Origin: Usitatibacteraceae bacterium
GTDB lineage: Bacteria; Pseudomonadota; Gammaproteobacteria; Burkholderiales; Usitatibacteraceae
NCBI GenBank assembly: GCA_035432885.1
Contig: DAORTX010000001.1
Span: 13,043 to 77,042 of the forward strand
Reading direction: 5' to 3'
DNA: 64,000 nt
Every line of letters starts with the position of its first letter. The first letter of the stretch is position 1. The position numbers were made by a program, and so were the translations under genes. This document shows, piece after piece, positions 49,801 to 59,893 of the stretch. The notes below the pieces were generated by a model. The model was not told the origin of the DNA and ran no database searches. It worked only from the letters and a program-made list of their open reading frames with translations.

Positions 49801-51417
49801 ATGACCACCGCGCCCCCTCCGAACCGGCCCGGCGCCGCCCCGGCGTTCAACGACGCGAAGAGCTGCAAGGAGTGGCTGAACGGCCTTCCGCTCACCAACA
49901 TTCCGCACGCGCAGCAATTCGTGCTCGATGCGCTTCGCGTCGTGAACCGGGGCGAGGCCGGGGGGCTCGAAAGGCTGAAATGCATGGAGCTCCTGCGCGA
50001 CAAGATCGCCTTCCTGCAGGGCGAGCAGCGCTCGCGGTACTTCGGCAAGTCCCTGCCCCTGTCGCACAACGACCACGCGGCGTGGTCCATCGGACGTTCG
50101 CTGCTCGAGGAAATGGAGACGGGCTACCGCCAATGCCTGTCCGTGGCCCTGGCCGATAGAGGGGAAATGGGGCGCCACGCCCCGCTGATGATGCAGCGGA
50201 TCGCCCGCTACCTCGGGGCGCAGATGCTCTTCCACGCGATGATCTACCGCCGCTTCGAGCCGGCCCTCTGGCTTCGCCTGCACACCCTCTTCGCCGACGC
50301 CGAGCGCGACGGGATCGCCGACGAACGCGTGAAGGACAGCATCGAGAGCGAGGACGGGGTATCGAGCGTCCACGAAGCCTACGTGCACGTCGTCCTCACG
50401 CAGGCCGCGTACCTCTCCGAGATGACGGCGCCGCAGATGGACCTGCTCGAGGCGCTCCTGCGCATGTGGTCGCGAAAGGTCCGCATCTTCGTCGACCCGC
50501 CGGCCGAGGCCGAAGCGGGGTCCACCTTTCCCCTCGCCGTGGATCTCGCCAAGCCCATCGGCGCGCGCCCGCTTCACGCCGACGACCGCAAGGTGACGCA
50601 CCGCGTGCTCGACGTCGAGGGGCTCTCGAAGAGCATTCGCCGCCGCCTGAAGGGCCTGCAGGGCGGCGAGGAGCCGGCGAGCCTGGGGCTCCCCGCCGAG
50701 GCAAGCGTCATCGACGCGCTCGCCCAGCTCGGCCGCCTGCACAAGCTCTGGTGCGAAGGCGCGCCGCCGCGCCCGCCCGCGAAGATCCCGGGCGAGAAAT
50801 CGGCGGGGCTCGCTTTCGGGCTGCCGGAGATCCACTTCTTCGTGACTGGCGGCGCCGCCTTCGAGCAGCCGGACAAGTCGCGCGAGCTCACCCGCCAGGA
50901 AAAGGACGATCTCGCGGTGTTCGGCAAGGTGACCGAGCGCACGCAGCAGATGCGGATCGCGGACTACAACTTTGCGCTCGAGAACTGGGGCGTCGTGGAC
51001 GAGATGATGGGCGCGTGGCGCTTGCTTCGCCCGCCGACGGCATCGAAGGGTGTCGCCATCGGGCGAATCCTCGCGATGCGCCTGGGCGATGCGGCGCCGT
51101 TCTTCCTCGGCATGGTGCAGGCGCTCGTTCAGGAGACCGATGGACGGGTCGTGATCACCGTGGCGCTGTTTCCCGGCAAGCCCGTTCCGATCGCGGTTCG
51201 CGCGGCGGACTCGCGAAACCGCCAGGGCTCGAATTGGTCGCAGGCTTTCCGGCTGCCTGCGCTGGAACGGCTGGGCATTCCGGAGTCGCTGGTGGTGCCC
51301 ACGGGCATGGCTTCGCGCGGGCGCGGCATCGAGGCCTGGGCGGGCGGCTCGAAGGAATCGACGGTCTACGAAGTCCTCGAGCGCGGCACCGACTTCGACC
51401 GCGTGACGGTGTTCTAG
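49801..51417 (+). CDS. Conserved hypothetical protein
   Basis: ATG at 49801 gives 538 aa. It is soluble with no signal peptide and ordinary codon usage. I could assign no motif. Confidence 0.6.
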   Translation: MTTAPPPNRPGAAPAFNDAKSCKEWLNGLPLTNIPHAQQFVLDALRVVNRGEAGGLERLKCMELLRDKIAFLQGEQRSRYFGKSLPLSHNDHAAWSIGRSLLEEMETGYRQCLSVALADRGEMGRHAPLMMQRIARYLGAQMLFHAMIYRRFEPALWLRLHTLFADAERDGIADERVKDSIESEDGVSSVHEAYVHVVLTQAAYLSEMTAPQMDLLEALLRMWSRKVRIFVDPPAEAEAGSTFPLAVDLAKPIGARPLHADDRKVTHRVLDVEGLSKSIRRRLKGLQGGEEPASLGLPAEASVIDALAQLGRLHKLWCEGAPPRPPAKIPGEKSAGLAFGLPEIHFFVTGGAAFEQPDKSRELTRQEKDDLAVFGKVTERTQQMRIADYNFALENWGVVDEMMGAWRLLRPPTASKGVAIGRILAMRLGDAAPFFLGMVQALVQETDGRVVITVALFPGKPVPIAVRAADSRNRQGSNWSQAFRLPALERLGIPESLVVPTGMASRGRGIEAWAGGSKESTVYEVLERGTDFDRVTVF

Positions 51418-52364
51418 GCGCGCGGGCGCGCGCCGCGTTCCAGGGCGTCCAGCAGGGGCTTCGCCGCGTTCTCGCCGGTCTGCTGCGCGATCTCCGCGAT
51501 GCAGGTGGGGCTCGTCACGTTCACCTCGGTGAGGCTGTCGCCGATCACGTCGAGACCGGCGAAGGTGATGCCCGCGGCCACGAGCTGCGCGCCGATGACT
51601 TCCCCGATCTCGCGGTCGCGCGCCGAAAGCGGCTGCGCCACGCCCGTGCCGCCGGTCGCGAGGTTTCCGCGCGTCTCGCCGGCCTTGGGAATTCTCGCCA
51701 GGCAATACGGAAAGGGCGTCCCGTCGATCACGAGCACGCGCTTGTCGCCCTTGGCGATCTCGGGCACGAATTTCTGCGCCATGATCGTGCGCTCGGCCTC
51801 GCCCACCATGGTCTCCACGATCACGTTCCGGTTGGGATCGTCGCGCCGGACGCGAAAGATCATGGTGCCGCCCATGCCGTCCAGCTTCTTCAGGATCACG
51901 TCTTCCTGCCGGTCGATGAACGCGTGGATCCGATGCGGATCGCGCGCGACGAGGGTGGGAGGGGCGAACTGGGGGAACCGCAGGATCGCGAGCTTCTCGT
52001 TCCAGTCGCGAAGGGCCCGCGGGGAATTGACCACCCGGGCCCCCTCGGCCTCGGCCCGCTCGAGGAGCAGGGTCGTGTAGTAGTACTCCGCGTCGAAGGG
52101 CGGGTCCTTGCGCATCATCACGAGGTCGAAGAAGGCGAGCGGCACTTCTTCCGTGCCGGAGGCGCGATACCAGGCGTCATCGCTCTCGTCGACGGCGAGG
52201 GGAACGGCGCGCGCGAGCACGGTTGCCTCCAGGACGCACAGATCGGCCATGCCCAGCGCATAGATCTCGTGGCCGCGACGCGACGCCTCCCGCATCATGG
52301 CGATGGAGGAATCCTTGCGCGGCTTGAGTTTCTCGAGGGGATCGAGGATGAAGGCGATCTTCAT
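51414..52364 (-). CDS. gshB: Glutathione synthetase
   Basis: 316 aa beginning MKIAFILDPLEKLKPRKDSSIAMMREA, with an ATP-grasp C-terminal half. Confidence 0.95.
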   Translation of the reverse strand: MKIAFILDPLEKLKPRKDSSIAMMREASRRGHEIYALGMADLCVLEATVLARAVPLAVDESDDAWYRASGTEEVPLAFFDLVMMRKDPPFDAEYYYTTLLLERAEAEGARVVNSPRALRDWNEKLAILRFPQFAPPTLVARDPHRIHAFIDRQEDVILKKLDGMGGTMIFRVRRDDPNRNVIVETMVGEAERTIMAQKFVPEIAKGDKRVLVIDGTPFPYCLARIPKAGETRGNLATGGTGVAQPLSARDREIGEVIGAQLVAAGITFAGLDVIGDSLTEVNVTSPTCIAEIAQQTGENAAKPLLDALERGARPRA

Positions 52365-52609
52365 GCGCCGAGGCGGGCGTTGGCGGTTCGGGGAACCATC
52401 GGCGGCGGTGGGGGCGGTCGCCCCTCGTCACGGGAGTGGAGCGCTAGTTTACCTCTCCTGGATGATAAAATTCGCGGTGAGCCTTCCTTGCGGGCCCGCA
52501 GAGGGCCCGCCCCCACCGCCATGTTCCCCCCGCAGACGCTCGCCGTGACCGCCACGCTGCCCGCGGCCCCGATTGCCGTGGGCGCGGCGGGATCGCCGCG
52601 TCCGGCCCG

Positions 52610-53962
52610 ATGAGACTCCACATTCTCGGCATCTGCGGCACCTTCATGGGCGGCCTCGCGAAGATCGCCCGCGAGGCGGGCCATTCGGTGACCGGCTGCG
52701 ACGCTCAGGTCTATCCGCCGATGAGCGACCAGTTGCGCGACCTGGGCGTTGCCCTGCACGAGGGATACGACGCGGCGCAGCTCGAGCGCTATCCCGCGGA
52801 TCTCTACGTGATCGGCAATGCCATGACCCGCGGCAAGCCCGTCGTCGAGGAGATCCTCAATCGCGGCCTCCCGTATGTCTCCGGTCCGCAGTGGCTCGCC
52901 GACCACGTCCTGCCCGGCAAGTGGGTCCTCGCGGTGGCGGGCACGCACGGCAAGACCACCGCCTCGGCGATGCTCGCGTGGATCCTCGCCGAAGGGGGGC
53001 TGAATCCCGGATTCCTGATCGGCGGCGTCCCGCGGAACTTCCGGGTCTCGGCGCTTCTCACGCAGTCGCCCTTCTTCGTGATCGAGGCCGACGAGTACGA
53101 CACGGCTTTTTTCGACAAGCGATCGAAGTTCGTGTGGTACCGGCCGCGCACCGCGGTGCTGAACAACCTCGAGTTCGACCACGCCGACATCTTCCCGGAC
53201 CTGGCCGCCATCGAGACGCAGTTCCATCATCTCGTGCGCATCGTCCCGGCCAACGGGCTCGTGATCGCGAACGGCGTCGAGGCGGCCATCGAGCGGGTCC
53301 TCGGCCGGGGTTGCTGGACGAGCGTGGAGCGCTTCGGCCCCGGCCAGGCGTGGGACGTGGGTGCGGTGAGCTCCGACGACACCTTCGACGTCGTCCTGAA
53401 CGGCGCGGCGCAGGGCACGGTGCGGTGGGACCTGACGGGCGAGCACAACCGCATGAACGCTCTGGCGGCGCTCGCCGCCGCGCGCCATGCAGGCGTGCCG
53501 CTGGCGACGGGAATCGACGCGCTCTCCCGCTTCCTCGGCGTGAAACGGCGCATGGAAGTTCGCGGCATCGAAGGCGGTGTCACGGTGTACGACGATTTCG
53601 CGCATCACCCGAGCGCCTTCGGGGCGACCCTCGCGGGCCTGAGGAAACGCGTGGGGCGTGGCCGCATCGTGGCCGTGTTCGAGCCGCGTTCCAACACCAT
53701 GAAGCTGGGCGCGATGCAGTCGCGGCTGGCGAAGAGCCTCGAGGATGCCGATCTCGTGTATTGCCACGCGAGCCACCTCGGGTGGGATGCCGAACGGGCG
53801 CTCGCGCCGCTTTCGTCGCGAGCGGCAGTCTATGCCGAACTCGACCCGATGGTCGAGGACCTGGGCAGGGTCCTGCGGGCCGGCGATCACGTGCTGGTGA
53901 TGTCCAACGGCGGTTTCGGCGGAATCCACGAGAAGCTGCTCGCGCGTCTCGCGGCGCGCTAG
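52610..53962 (+). CDS. mpl: UDP-N-acetylmuramate:L-alanyl-gamma-D-glutamyl-meso-diaminopimelate ligase
   Basis: 450 aa beginning MRLHILGICGTFMGGLA, with the Mur-ligase P-loop GTHGKTT. Confidence 0.9.
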   Translation: MRLHILGICGTFMGGLAKIAREAGHSVTGCDAQVYPPMSDQLRDLGVALHEGYDAAQLERYPADLYVIGNAMTRGKPVVEEILNRGLPYVSGPQWLADHVLPGKWVLAVAGTHGKTTASAMLAWILAEGGLNPGFLIGGVPRNFRVSALLTQSPFFVIEADEYDTAFFDKRSKFVWYRPRTAVLNNLEFDHADIFPDLAAIETQFHHLVRIVPANGLVIANGVEAAIERVLGRGCWTSVERFGPGQAWDVGAVSSDDTFDVVLNGAAQGTVRWDLTGEHNRMNALAALAAARHAGVPLATGIDALSRFLGVKRRMEVRGIEGGVTVYDDFAHHPSAFGATLAGLRKRVGRGRIVAVFEPRSNTMKLGAMQSRLAKSLEDADLVYCHASHLGWDAERALAPLSSRAAVYAELDPMVEDLGRVLRAGDHVLVMSNGGFGGIHEKLLARLAAR

Positions 53963-53968
53963 GGAGCC

Positions 53969-54829
53969 ATGATGACAACTCTTGCCTATCGCATCGTCAA
54001 TGTCTTCACCCGTGGCGGCGACCTCACGGGCAACCCGCTCTGCGTCTTCGAGGACGGCGGCGGCCTGGACGATGGCCTCATGCAGGCGCTGGCCCGCCAG
54101 TTCAACCTGTCGGAGACCACGTTCATCCTGCCTTCGAGGCAGGCCAGCGCGCGCGTGCGGATCTTCACGCCCGCCTACGAGATGCCCTTTGCGGGGCACC
54201 CGACGCTCGGCACCGCGCACGTCGTTCGCGAGCTCCGCGGTGCGGGAGACGCGCTGACCCTCGAGATGAAGGCCGGGATCATTCCGGTGTCCGCCTCGGG
54301 GAACCGGTGGACCCTCTCGGCCAATGCGCCGCGTTGGCGTGAAGTGAGCGAGCCGCGCGCGGAACTGGCCGGGCTGCTCGGGCTGGAACCCGCGGATATC
54401 GCCGAACGGCCCCTGTGGGTGAATGCCGGCAAGGAGCAGCTCCTGGTTCCCGTCGCCGATGCGGATGCGGTTCGTCGCGCGCGCCCCCGCGCCGACGCCT
54501 TCTCGCGCCTGAAGAGCGAGGACGGCCACGGCATGGCCTACGTCTTCGCCGACGCGGGAGACGGCCGCGGCACCGTGATTTCGCGTTTCTTCTTCCCGGG
54601 CGGCCCTGCGATCCTGGAGGACCCGGCCACCGGATCGGCTTGCGCCAACCTGGGCGGATGGTTCGTCGCCCTTCGTCCGGGCGAGGATGTCTCCCGTGTC
54701 GTCTCGCAGGGCGACGAGGTGTTTCGTCCCTCCACGCTCCATCTTTCGGTGAAGGCCGGCGCGGTGAGCGTCGGGGGCGACGTGATCGAGCTCGCGCGGG
54801 GGCGTCTCGATCTCCGGTCCGGCCCTTGA
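53969..54829 (+). CDS. PhzF family isomerase-like protein
   Basis: 286 aa with the motifs VNVFT ... GNPLCVFEDG ... QFNLSETTFILP. Confidence 0.85.
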   Translation: MMTTLAYRIVNVFTRGGDLTGNPLCVFEDGGGLDDGLMQALARQFNLSETTFILPSRQASARVRIFTPAYEMPFAGHPTLGTAHVVRELRGAGDALTLEMKAGIIPVSASGNRWTLSANAPRWREVSEPRAELAGLLGLEPADIAERPLWVNAGKEQLLVPVADADAVRRARPRADAFSRLKSEDGHGMAYVFADAGDGRGTVISRFFFPGGPAILEDPATGSACANLGGWFVALRPGEDVSRVVSQGDEVFRPSTLHLSVKAGAVSVGGDVIELARGRLDLRSGP

Positions 54830-55431
54830 AGACGATCCTGTACCTGCACGGCTTCATCAGCTCGCCGGCTTCGAGAAAGGCCGTGATGCTGGGCGACTTC
54901 CTGCGCGGCCAGGCGCCGGAGATCGAGTACCGGGTGCCGTCCCTGCACCATCGTCCGGCCGAGGCCATTTCGCAGGTGCTGCGGCTTTGCCTCGGCGAGG
55001 ACCCGGCCGGCCTTCTCCTCGTGGGCAGCTCCCTGGGCGGCTTCTACGCCACCGTGGCCGCGGAAAGGTCGGGCTGCCGCGCCGTCGTGATCAACCCCGC
55101 GGTCCATCCCCAGGCCCATTTCGGGCGCTACCTGGGCGCGCAGCAGAACCTCTACACGGGTGAGCGCTTCGAGCTCACGCGCGAGCATGTCGCGGAGCTT
55201 GCGGCGCTCGATCCGCCCGCCGTCACGCGCCCGGATCGCTACTGGCTGATGGTGGAGACGGCCGACGAGGTGCTCGACTACCGCGAGGCGATCTCGTACT
55301 ACGCCGGCGCGTTCCACACGGTGGTGCAGGGAGGTGACCACTCGTTCGCGAGCTTTCCGGAATTCGTTCCCGACATCGCCGCGTGGGCGCGGGAGTCCGG
55401 CGCCGCGGCACCGCCGAAGGCAGCGTCGTGA
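54826..55431 (+). CDS. YqiA-like alpha/beta hydrolase (esterase)
   Basis: A TTG at 54826 overlaps the phzF-like stop. The protein has ILYLHGFISSP and the nucleophile elbow GSSLGG. Confidence 0.7.
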   Translation: MKTILYLHGFISSPASRKAVMLGDFLRGQAPEIEYRVPSLHHRPAEAISQVLRLCLGEDPAGLLLVGSSLGGFYATVAAERSGCRAVVINPAVHPQAHFGRYLGAQQNLYTGERFELTREHVAELAALDPPAVTRPDRYWLMVETADEVLDYREAISYYAGAFHTVVQGGDHSFASFPEFVPDIAAWARESGAAAPPKAAS

Positions 55432-57272
55432 AGCAGGTGTTCTTCGAGGAGGACGGCGCGTTTCGCGTGGGCACGATCCTCGCCGAAGCGGGTGCCGCAT
55501 TCCAGGTGGAAGCGGCCCACGGCAAGCGCTCGAAGGTGAAGGCGAGCGCGGTGCTGCTTCGCTTCGACGGCCAGGTGCTCACGAGCTTCATGCCCGAGGC
55601 CCAGGTGCGTGCTGGTGAAATCGATCCGAAGTTCCTCTGGGAGGTGTGCGGCCCGGCGGAATTCGGCTTCGCCGACCTCGCCCGCGACTACTACGGGCAT
55701 GTCCCGGCGCCGCTGGAGGCGGGTGCCGTGGCGCTCGCGCTGCATGCAAACCCCATGTACTTCTACCGGCGCGGCAAGGGCCGCTACCAGGCTGCGCCCG
55801 AGGAAAACCTCCGGGCCGCGCTGGCGGGTCTGGAAAAGAAGCGCCGCCAGCAGGAGCAGGTGGATGCCTGGGCCGAGGTGCTGGGGGAAGGCGCCGCGCC
55901 GCCGGAGATCGCGGCCAACCTCGATGCGCTGCTTTTCAAGCCGGACAAGCTGTCGCTCGAATGGCGCGCCCTGGACCAGGCCGCCAGCCGGGCGGGCCTC
56001 GCGCCGCCGAAGCTCCTCGCGAAGATCGGCGTGCTCGCCGGTCCCGAGGACTACTTCCTCCGGCGATTCGCCTTCGAATGGTTTCCGTCGGGCCCGGGAT
56101 TTCCGGCGACGCCGCCCGTGTCCGCTCCCCCGGAACTCGCGCGCGCCGCGGCCTCGGCCTTCTCGATCGACGACCACGAGACCACCGAGATCGACGACGC
56201 CTTCTCGGTCGAGCGACGCCCGGATGGCGCGCTTCGCGTCGGCGTGCACATCGCCGCGCCGGCGCTTTTCTTCGGCCGCGACCATGCGCTCGAGGGGCTC
56301 GCTCGCGAGCGGCTGTCCACGGTCTACTTCCCGGGCGGGAAGGTCACGATGCTGCCGGAGGCGGCCATCGCCGGGGCCACCCTCGCCCAGGGACGGGAAG
56401 TGCCGGCCGCCTCGCTCTACCTCGACCTGGATCCGGACACCCTGGCGGTGAAGGGCATCGAGTCCCGGCTGGAGCGGGTGGCGATCGCGACGAACCTTCG
56501 CATCGCCGAGCTGGAAACGCGCCTGCACGAGGAATCGCTTGCCGCCGGCGAGATCCCCGGTGAGCACGGAGAAGATCTCCTCCTGCTGTGGCGGCTGGCG
56601 AGGAAGCTTCGCGCGGCACGCGGCGCGGGTGAGGAGAAAGGCGAGCGTCTCGACTACACGTTTCGCGTGCAGGAGGGACGCGTGGCGATCGAGCCCCGCC
56701 GGCGCGGCACTCCCGTCGACCTTCTCGTCTCCGAGCTGATGATCCACCTGAATGCGACCTGGGGCCGGATGCTCGCCGAGGCGGGCATTCCCGCGATCTA
56801 CCGCAACCAGCGAGGCATCAAGACGCGCATGGAAGTGGAGCCCGGCGCCCACGAATGGCTCGGCGTCACGCACTACGCGTGGTCGAGCTCCCCGCTTCGG
56901 CGCTTCTCGGACCTGGCCAACCAGCGCCAGCTCGCGGCATTCCTCCGGGGGCAGGAGGCGCCGTATTCCCGGGAAGAGCTTGCCGCCGCCGCCCGGGAAT
57001 TCGAGACCGCCTACGAGGCCTACGCGGAGCACCAGCGCCATCTCGAGCGCTACTGGTGCCTGCGCTGGATCTCCCAGGAGGGGCTCGGGGGAGCCGATGC
57101 GACGATCGTGCGCGACGAGCTGGTGCGCCTGGAGGGGATTCCGCTGGTGTGCCGCGCGACCGGTTTGCCGCCCGCGAGTCCGGGTGAGCGCATCCGCGTG
57201 GCCTTCGGGGATCCCGATCCGTGGGAAGTCCACCTCCCCTGCCGCTACGCCGGCAAGCCCGCCGCGGGGTAG
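55428..57272 (+). CDS. RNase II/R family 3'-5' exoribonuclease (RNB domain)
   Basis: A GTG at 55428 overlaps the upstream stop. The RNB motif EIDDAFSV is present and the protein is 614 aa. Confidence 0.75.
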   Translation: MKQVFFEEDGAFRVGTILAEAGAAFQVEAAHGKRSKVKASAVLLRFDGQVLTSFMPEAQVRAGEIDPKFLWEVCGPAEFGFADLARDYYGHVPAPLEAGAVALALHANPMYFYRRGKGRYQAAPEENLRAALAGLEKKRRQQEQVDAWAEVLGEGAAPPEIAANLDALLFKPDKLSLEWRALDQAASRAGLAPPKLLAKIGVLAGPEDYFLRRFAFEWFPSGPGFPATPPVSAPPELARAAASAFSIDDHETTEIDDAFSVERRPDGALRVGVHIAAPALFFGRDHALEGLARERLSTVYFPGGKVTMLPEAAIAGATLAQGREVPAASLYLDLDPDTLAVKGIESRLERVAIATNLRIAELETRLHEESLAAGEIPGEHGEDLLLLWRLARKLRAARGAGEEKGERLDYTFRVQEGRVAIEPRRRGTPVDLLVSELMIHLNATWGRMLAEAGIPAIYRNQRGIKTRMEVEPGAHEWLGVTHYAWSSSPLRRFSDLANQRQLAAFLRGQEAPYSREELAAAAREFETAYEAYAEHQRHLERYWCLRWISQEGLGGADATIVRDELVRLEGIPLVCRATGLPPASPGERIRVAFGDPDPWEVHLPCRYAGKPAAG

Positions 57273-57328
57273 GCGCTGCTATCATCCGGGCTCATGTTCC
57301 GCCCGTTCGTTCGACCTCGCGCCTGCCG

Positions 57329-58243
57329 ATGCAACTGAGGCAGACTCCCCCCGACGCGCTCGTCCATTTTTCCGACTACCTGCTGGAGCGGTTCGGGCTG
57401 GTGGTCTCGATGCAGGTGGCGGTCGTCGCCTCCGTTGCCTTCCACGCTTTCGCGATCGTGGGGCTGGGCTTCAAGGTCCTCGATCCCCGGGGGTTCGACG
57501 CGCCGCACAACGTGCTGGATGTCGTGCTGGTGAACGCGAAGTCGGCCTCGAAACCCGCGAAGGCCGACGCGCTCGCGCAGGCAAACCTGGATGGCGGCGG
57601 CAACACCGACCAGAAGCGCCGCGCCGCGAGTCCCTTCCCCGTGATCGATTCGCGCGAGAGCACCCCGGCTCTCAATCAGGCGCAAAGCCGCGTGCAGCAG
57701 CTGGAGCGCGAGGCGACGGAACTCATGTCGCGCCTGAAATCGCCGGTCGCCGTGGTCGTGCCCGAGCCGGTCGCCGACCGCAAGGAAAAGGCCGACAAGA
57801 CCGCCCGGGACCTCATCGAGAAGAGCCTCGAGATCCAGCGCCTGGAGGCGCAGATCCGGCGCGATTACCAGGCCTACCAGGAGCGCCCGCGCAAGAAGTT
57901 CGTGGGCGCGCGGGCCTCGGAGTACCGCTTCGCGGTCTACGTGGACAACTGGCGGTTGAAGATCGAGCGGGTGGGCAACCTGAACTATCCCGACGAGGCG
58001 CGCCGACGCAAGCTCTACGGCTCGCTCCAGCTCACGGTCGGGTTGAAAGCCGACGGCGAAGTGGAGTCCGTGGAGATCAACCGGTCTTCCGGCCAGAAAG
58101 TGCTCGACCAGGCCGCGATCCGGATCGTGCGGCTCGCCGCTCCCTTCGACCGGTTTCCCGACGCCATCCGGACGGACACGGACATCCTCTACATCACGCG
58201 GACCTGGACCTTCACCCGCTCCGACCAGCTGTCCGCGGAATAG
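57329..58243 (+). CDS. TonB-family C-terminal domain protein
   Basis: ATG at 57329. It has one TM (VAVVASVAFHAFAIVGLGF) and a TonB_C-like end (YPDEARRRKLYGSLQLTV ... SSGQKVLDQAAIRIV). Confidence 0.65.
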   Translation: MQLRQTPPDALVHFSDYLLERFGLVVSMQVAVVASVAFHAFAIVGLGFKVLDPRGFDAPHNVLDVVLVNAKSASKPAKADALAQANLDGGGNTDQKRRAASPFPVIDSRESTPALNQAQSRVQQLEREATELMSRLKSPVAVVVPEPVADRKEKADKTARDLIEKSLEIQRLEAQIRRDYQAYQERPRKKFVGARASEYRFAVYVDNWRLKIERVGNLNYPDEARRRKLYGSLQLTVGLKADGEVESVEINRSSGQKVLDQAAIRIVRLAAPFDRFPDAIRTDTDILYITRTWTFTRSDQLSAE

Positions 58244-58375
58244 TGGCGATGCTCCGCCGGCGCCCCTGAATGGAGCGATCGGCCGCAGGCGGGCACCGTC
58301 GAGGCATTCGGGGCGGCGGCCCGCTTCCGATGGCGGCCGGAGGGCGTTCGATCTAGAATACGGGGCCGGTGGCAA

Positions 58376-58933
58376 ATGCAAACGATCAACTTCACCAGCC
58401 ACTTCCTGATCGCCATGCCGGGCATGGTCGACCCGAATTTTTCCAAGAGCCTCACCTTCATCTGCGAGCACAACGAGCGCGGTGCCCTGGGTCTCGTGGT
58501 CAATCGACCGACCGACGTGACCCTGGGGGCCCTCTTCCGGCAGGTCGAGATCGACCTCGAGAACGCCCCCTTCGCCGATCAGCCGGTCTTCTTCGGCGGT
58601 CCGGTGCAGCTGGAACACGGCTTCGTCCTGCACCGGCCCCTGGGCGAGTGGCGATCGACGCTTCCGGTGGGCGAGATCGGGCTTACCACGTCCCGCGACA
58701 TCCTCGAGGCGCTGGCCCGGGGGGAGGGCCCGCGCGACCGCCTGGTGGCCCTCGGCTACGCCGGCTGGGCGCCGGGGCAGCTCGAGGACGAGATCAAGCG
58801 CAACGGCTGGCTTACCGTGAACGCGGACCTGGACGTGATATTCCGCGTGCCCCCCGAGGGCCGCTACGATGCGGCGCTGGGCGCGCTCGGCGTCACGACC
58901 GCGAATCTCTCCGAAGACGCGGGGCACGCGTGA
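58376..58933 (+). CDS. yqgE: YqgE/AlgH family protein
   Basis: 185 aa with the motif [37 protein letters not shown]. Confidence 0.9.
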   Translation: MQTINFTSHFLIAMPGMVDPNFSKSLTFICEHNERGALGLVVNRPTDVTLGALFRQVEIDLENAPFADQPVFFGGPVQLEHGFVLHRPLGEWRSTLPVGEIGLTTSRDILEALARGEGPRDRLVALGYAGWAPGQLEDEIKRNGWLTVNADLDVIFRVPPEGRYDAALGALGVTTANLSEDAGHA

Positions 58934-59412
58934 ACCCCGTCGCCGCGGAAACGGAACCGCTTTCGGGGACCTTGCTCGGCTTCGATTTCGGGGAAAAGCG
59001 CCTCGGCGTGGCCGTGGGCGAGACCGAGACGCGGCTCGCGCACCCGGTGGCCGCCATCGCGGAAGAGGCCCTGAAGGCGCGCTTTGCCGCCATCGAGCGC
59101 CTGGTGGCCGAATGGCGCCCCAGCGGGTTCGTGGTCGGACTGCCGCGCCACGCGGACGGCGGCGAGCACGAGGTGGCGCGGCTCGCGGGCAAGTTCGCGC
59201 GGCGGCTCAATGCACGCTTCGGGTTGCCGGTGGCCTTCGTGGACGAGACGCTCACGTCCGTGGAGGCGCAGGAGCGGCTTCGCGAGGCGGGCGCCCGCGC
59301 GAAGGACCGGGGCGGCATCGATGCCCACGCCGCCGCCGTGATCCTGCAGAGTTACCTGGACGATACGAGACAGCCGAACGCGAAAGAAGCCCATGGCCGC
59401 AGCCTTGCCTGA
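58930..59412 (+). CDS. ruvX: Holliday junction resolvase-like protein RuvX/YqgF
   Basis: A GTG at 58930 overlaps the yqgE stop. The motif [17 protein letters not shown] is present. Confidence 0.85.
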   Translation: MNPVAAETEPLSGTLLGFDFGEKRLGVAVGETETRLAHPVAAIAEEALKARFAAIERLVAEWRPSGFVVGLPRHADGGEHEVARLAGKFARRLNARFGLPVAFVDETLTSVEAQERLREAGARAKDRGGIDAHAAAVILQSYLDDTRQPNAKEAHGRSLA

Positions 59413-59893
59413 TCCGGAACGCCTGCTGGAGGCGCTCGTCACCCAGATGAAGCCCGTGACGGGCCGGGATGCGGGAATCATCGGCATCTACACCGGCGGC
59501 GCCTGGGTCGCCGAACGCCTGCACCGAGCCCTGGGCGTGAGCACCCCGCTGGGCCTTCTCGCGGTCACGCTGCACCGGGACGATTTCGGCCGGATCGGAC
59601 TGCATCGCGAGGCCCGCCGCAGCCACCTGCCCTTCGAGGTCGAGGGGCGCGACATCGTCCTGGTCGACGACGTGCTGCACACGGGGCGCACCATCCGCGC
59701 GGCGCTGAACGAGCTGTGGGACTTCGGCCGGCCCAAGAGCGTCCGCCTGGCGATCCTGGCAGACCGGGGTGGGCGCGAGCTTCCCATCGCGCCCGACTAT
59801 GCCGGGACCTTCGTCGACCTCGATCCCGGGGAGGAACTGGTGCTCACCAACGAGACGGGCAAGCTGCGGCTCGCCGCCGTGAGGAGACCGTGA
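59393..59893 (+). CDS. pyrR: PyrR (pyr regulator / uracil phosphoribosyltransferase family)
   Basis: 166 aa with the PRPP-binding loop [18 protein letters not shown]. Confidence 0.85.
   Translation: MAAALPDPERLLEALVTQMKPVTGRDAGIIGIYTGGAWVAERLHRALGVSTPLGLLAVTLHRDDFGRIGLHREARRSHLPFEVEGRDIVLVDDVLHTGRTIRAALNELWDFGRPKSVRLAILADRGGRELPIAPDYAGTFVDLDPGEELVLTNETGKLRLAAVRRP

Noticed and set aside
49801-51417. Possible C-terminal PilZ (c-di-GMP-binding) domain in the 538-aa hypothetical protein.
   Set aside because: I could not find the RxxxR and (D/N)xSxxG motifs at the right spacing. The resemblance is only in general beta-rich character.
18639-51417. Co-orientation of about 37 consecutive + strand genes as evidence for one super-operon.
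   Set aside because: The whole window is strongly biased to the + strand, including unrelated housekeeping genes. Clear terminators and promoters also subdivide the block.
52490-52510. 8-bp GC hairpin (gcgggccc/gggcccgc) in the gshB-mpl intergenic region as a terminator or REP element.
   Set aside because: It lies between divergently transcribed genes and has no U-tract. It is not repeated elsewhere in the window. It more likely belongs to the mpl 5' UTR, downstream of an extended -10 (TGATAAAAT, 52463-52471).
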